From assembly GCA_050250895.1 (NCBI GenBank), contig JBFWNU010000003.1, forward strand, positions 682,109-746,108: a stretch of DNA of 64,000 nt, written 5' to 3'. The DNA is from Vulcanimicrobiota bacterium. GTDB taxonomy: Bacteria; Vulcanimicrobiota; Xenobia; Xenobiales; JADMJV01. The position numbers and the translations under genes were made by a program. The notes below the pieces were generated by a model. The model saw only the letters and a program-made list of their open reading frames with translations. It had not been told where the DNA came from and did not search any database. Shown here one piece after another: positions 62,696 through 64,000 of this stretch. Each line of letters begins with the position of its first letter. Within the stretch, counting starts at the first letter, position 1.

Positions 62696-64000
62696 CTATT
62701 GGGCTACGTCGAGTTCCGAGACGGCGCAGCGAATGGCCCCGCCCAGGCGGGTCGAAGCCAGGGCGGCCGAGATGTCGACCACTTCAAAGCCCTCGCGCTC
62801 ATAAAGCTGGCGAGCGTAGCTATCGGTGGCCTCGATGCCGTAGACGGGCATGTAGACACGTTTGGTCTGGCCGTAGTTTTCGAGCAGCACGTTCTGATAG
62901 GTCAAATAGGGGCTCGACAGGCTCTTGCCGGCCAGGTTGGGCACCCGCAGCACGCGATAGCCGGCCTGGCTCAGGCGCTCGGCGGCCGCGTCGTATTTCT
63001 CGGCCAGTCCCTTCTCGGCCGTCTGGCTGCGCATCAGGTCGAGCTCGCTGGTGTGATTGCCTTCGAGCAGAGTCAGGGCCAGGTTGGGATCGGCCACGGT
63101 GGCGGTGTGGTCGTCGAGAAAGCTGATGCCGAGGTCCAGATGAAAGTCGGGCTCGGGCGAGATGACGATGACCTGGCGGCCCATCTCGGCCTCGAAGCGG
63201 GCTACCACCTGTTCTTCGCTCTCGTGAAGACGCTTGGCGTTGTCGGCGATAGTAGCTCCGCTGATGAGCACGTGGCGGCCGTTGGCGATAATGTCACCGC
63301 CCTCGAAGTCGAGGCGCGAGCGGCGCACCTCGATGTCGGGGGCGCGGCTATGCAGGAAGGCTGGCGCGGCTCCGCTGGACTGGATGATGACCCGGTTGAG
63401 ATAAGCGTCGACCTGACCGTCATCGCGGAAAGAGTGGGGGAGGAGCAAGATTTCGTGGCCGTCGGCGGCCGTCAGCGTGAGCGAGCTGTCGCGCGACCAC
63501 ATGGAGAGTCCCTGGACCAGCTCTTGCGAGTTGGAGCGCAACGACAGCGAATGGATGCGGACCCGCCCTTCGGGCACCTCGAGGCGGTCGAGCAGGTCTT
63601 GCAGGTCGCGCACTCCGTCGGATTCGGCGATGACTTCGAAACGCACGCTCGGGTCGGTCTTGGTGAGCAGGTCACTGAACATGGCTTCGTGGGCCTGGCG
63701 GGCCCGCGGGTCGCGTTCAGCCGGCCACTGCAGGCGCAGGGCGCGCAGCTGGCCTCGAGTGTTGTCGAGCACCCGCAACGGGCCCAGGTCGCTGGTTCCC
63801 TCAGGAACCTGGAAAGCGAAGTGGGGCCGGACCGGGGTGGTATCTGGGTTGCGGGGGATGAACCAGCCCGAACCCTCTTCGGCGGTGCGCTGGTCCCAGT
63901 TCTGGCCGTGATGGTGCTGGAACTCCTGATGAAAGCCGGGCGGGCCAAAGCCGGCTGCCTGGGCCGGCGCGGCTGCGCCCAGGGCAGCCAGAGCCAGGCC
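62696..64000 (-). CDS. Pentein-fold (agmatine/peptidylarginine deiminase-like) protein, 5' end outside the window
   Basis: WSRD, FEGGD, HLD, GGAIRC motifs; frame open to base 64000 with signal-like GLALAALGAAAPAQA. Confidence 0.8.
   Translation of the reverse strand, partial: GLALAALGAAAPAQAAGFGPPGFHQEFQHHHGQNWDQRTAEEGSGWFIPRNPDTTPVRPHFAFQVPEGTSDLGPLRVLDNTRGQLRALRLQWPAERDPRARQAHEAMFSDLLTKTDPSVRFEVIAESDGVRDLQDLLDRLEVPEGRVRIHSLSLRSNSQELVQGLSMWSRDSSLTLTAADGHEILLLPHSFRDDGQVDAYLNRVIIQSSGAAPAFLHSRAPDIEVRRSRLDFEGGDIIANGRHVLISGATIADNAKRLHESEEQVVARFEAEMGRQVIVISPEPDFHLDLGISFLDDHTATVADPNLALTLLEGNHTSELDLMRSQTAEKGLAEKYDAAAERLSQAGYRVLRVPNLAGKSLSSPYLTYQNVLLENYGQTKRVYMPVYGIEATDSYARQLYEREGFEVVDISAALASTRLGGAIRCAVSELDVAQ

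Noticed and set aside
61414-63126. 570-aa plus-strand ORF
   Set aside because: Antisense to two genes with clear catalytic motifs

Overview
A GC-rich bacterial chromosomal window, densely coding, with no recognisable prophage, IS element or CRISPR array. Gene style suggests an uncultured lineage, possibly Eremiobacterota, but this is unverified inference. Recognisable content: ssrA (tmRNA, 59047-59428, minus) with a 21-codon tag; a Phd/VapC toxin-antitoxin pair; a Fur-family regulator; a MazG-like protein; a DUF58-transglutaminase-MoxR-TPR operon; a PAS histidine kinase; a GGDEF-EAL protein; MFS and CPA2 transporters; a Ser/Thr kinase; and several giant repeat proteins. The most interesting signal is a dispersed promoter motif, (T/A)T(C/A)AG-N6-(T/G)(T/C)(C/A)AG-N10-TAnnnT, with identical spacing upstream of four unlinked transcription units (9980+, 28608-, 36792-, 50252+). 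Their products lack obvious Sec signals and include a CarF/PEDS1-type desaturase, a clostripain-family protease and glycine-zipper membrane proteins. Together with a paladin-like phosphatase, a class-3 lipase, a harpin-like protein and a repeat protein with a translocator-like C-terminus, this suggests an undescribed co-regulated effector toolkit. Two intergenic palindromic repeat clusters (17.1-17.6 kb, 41.3-41.8 kb) look like single-stranded-DNA structural elements. All functional calls come from motif reading only; no searches were run.
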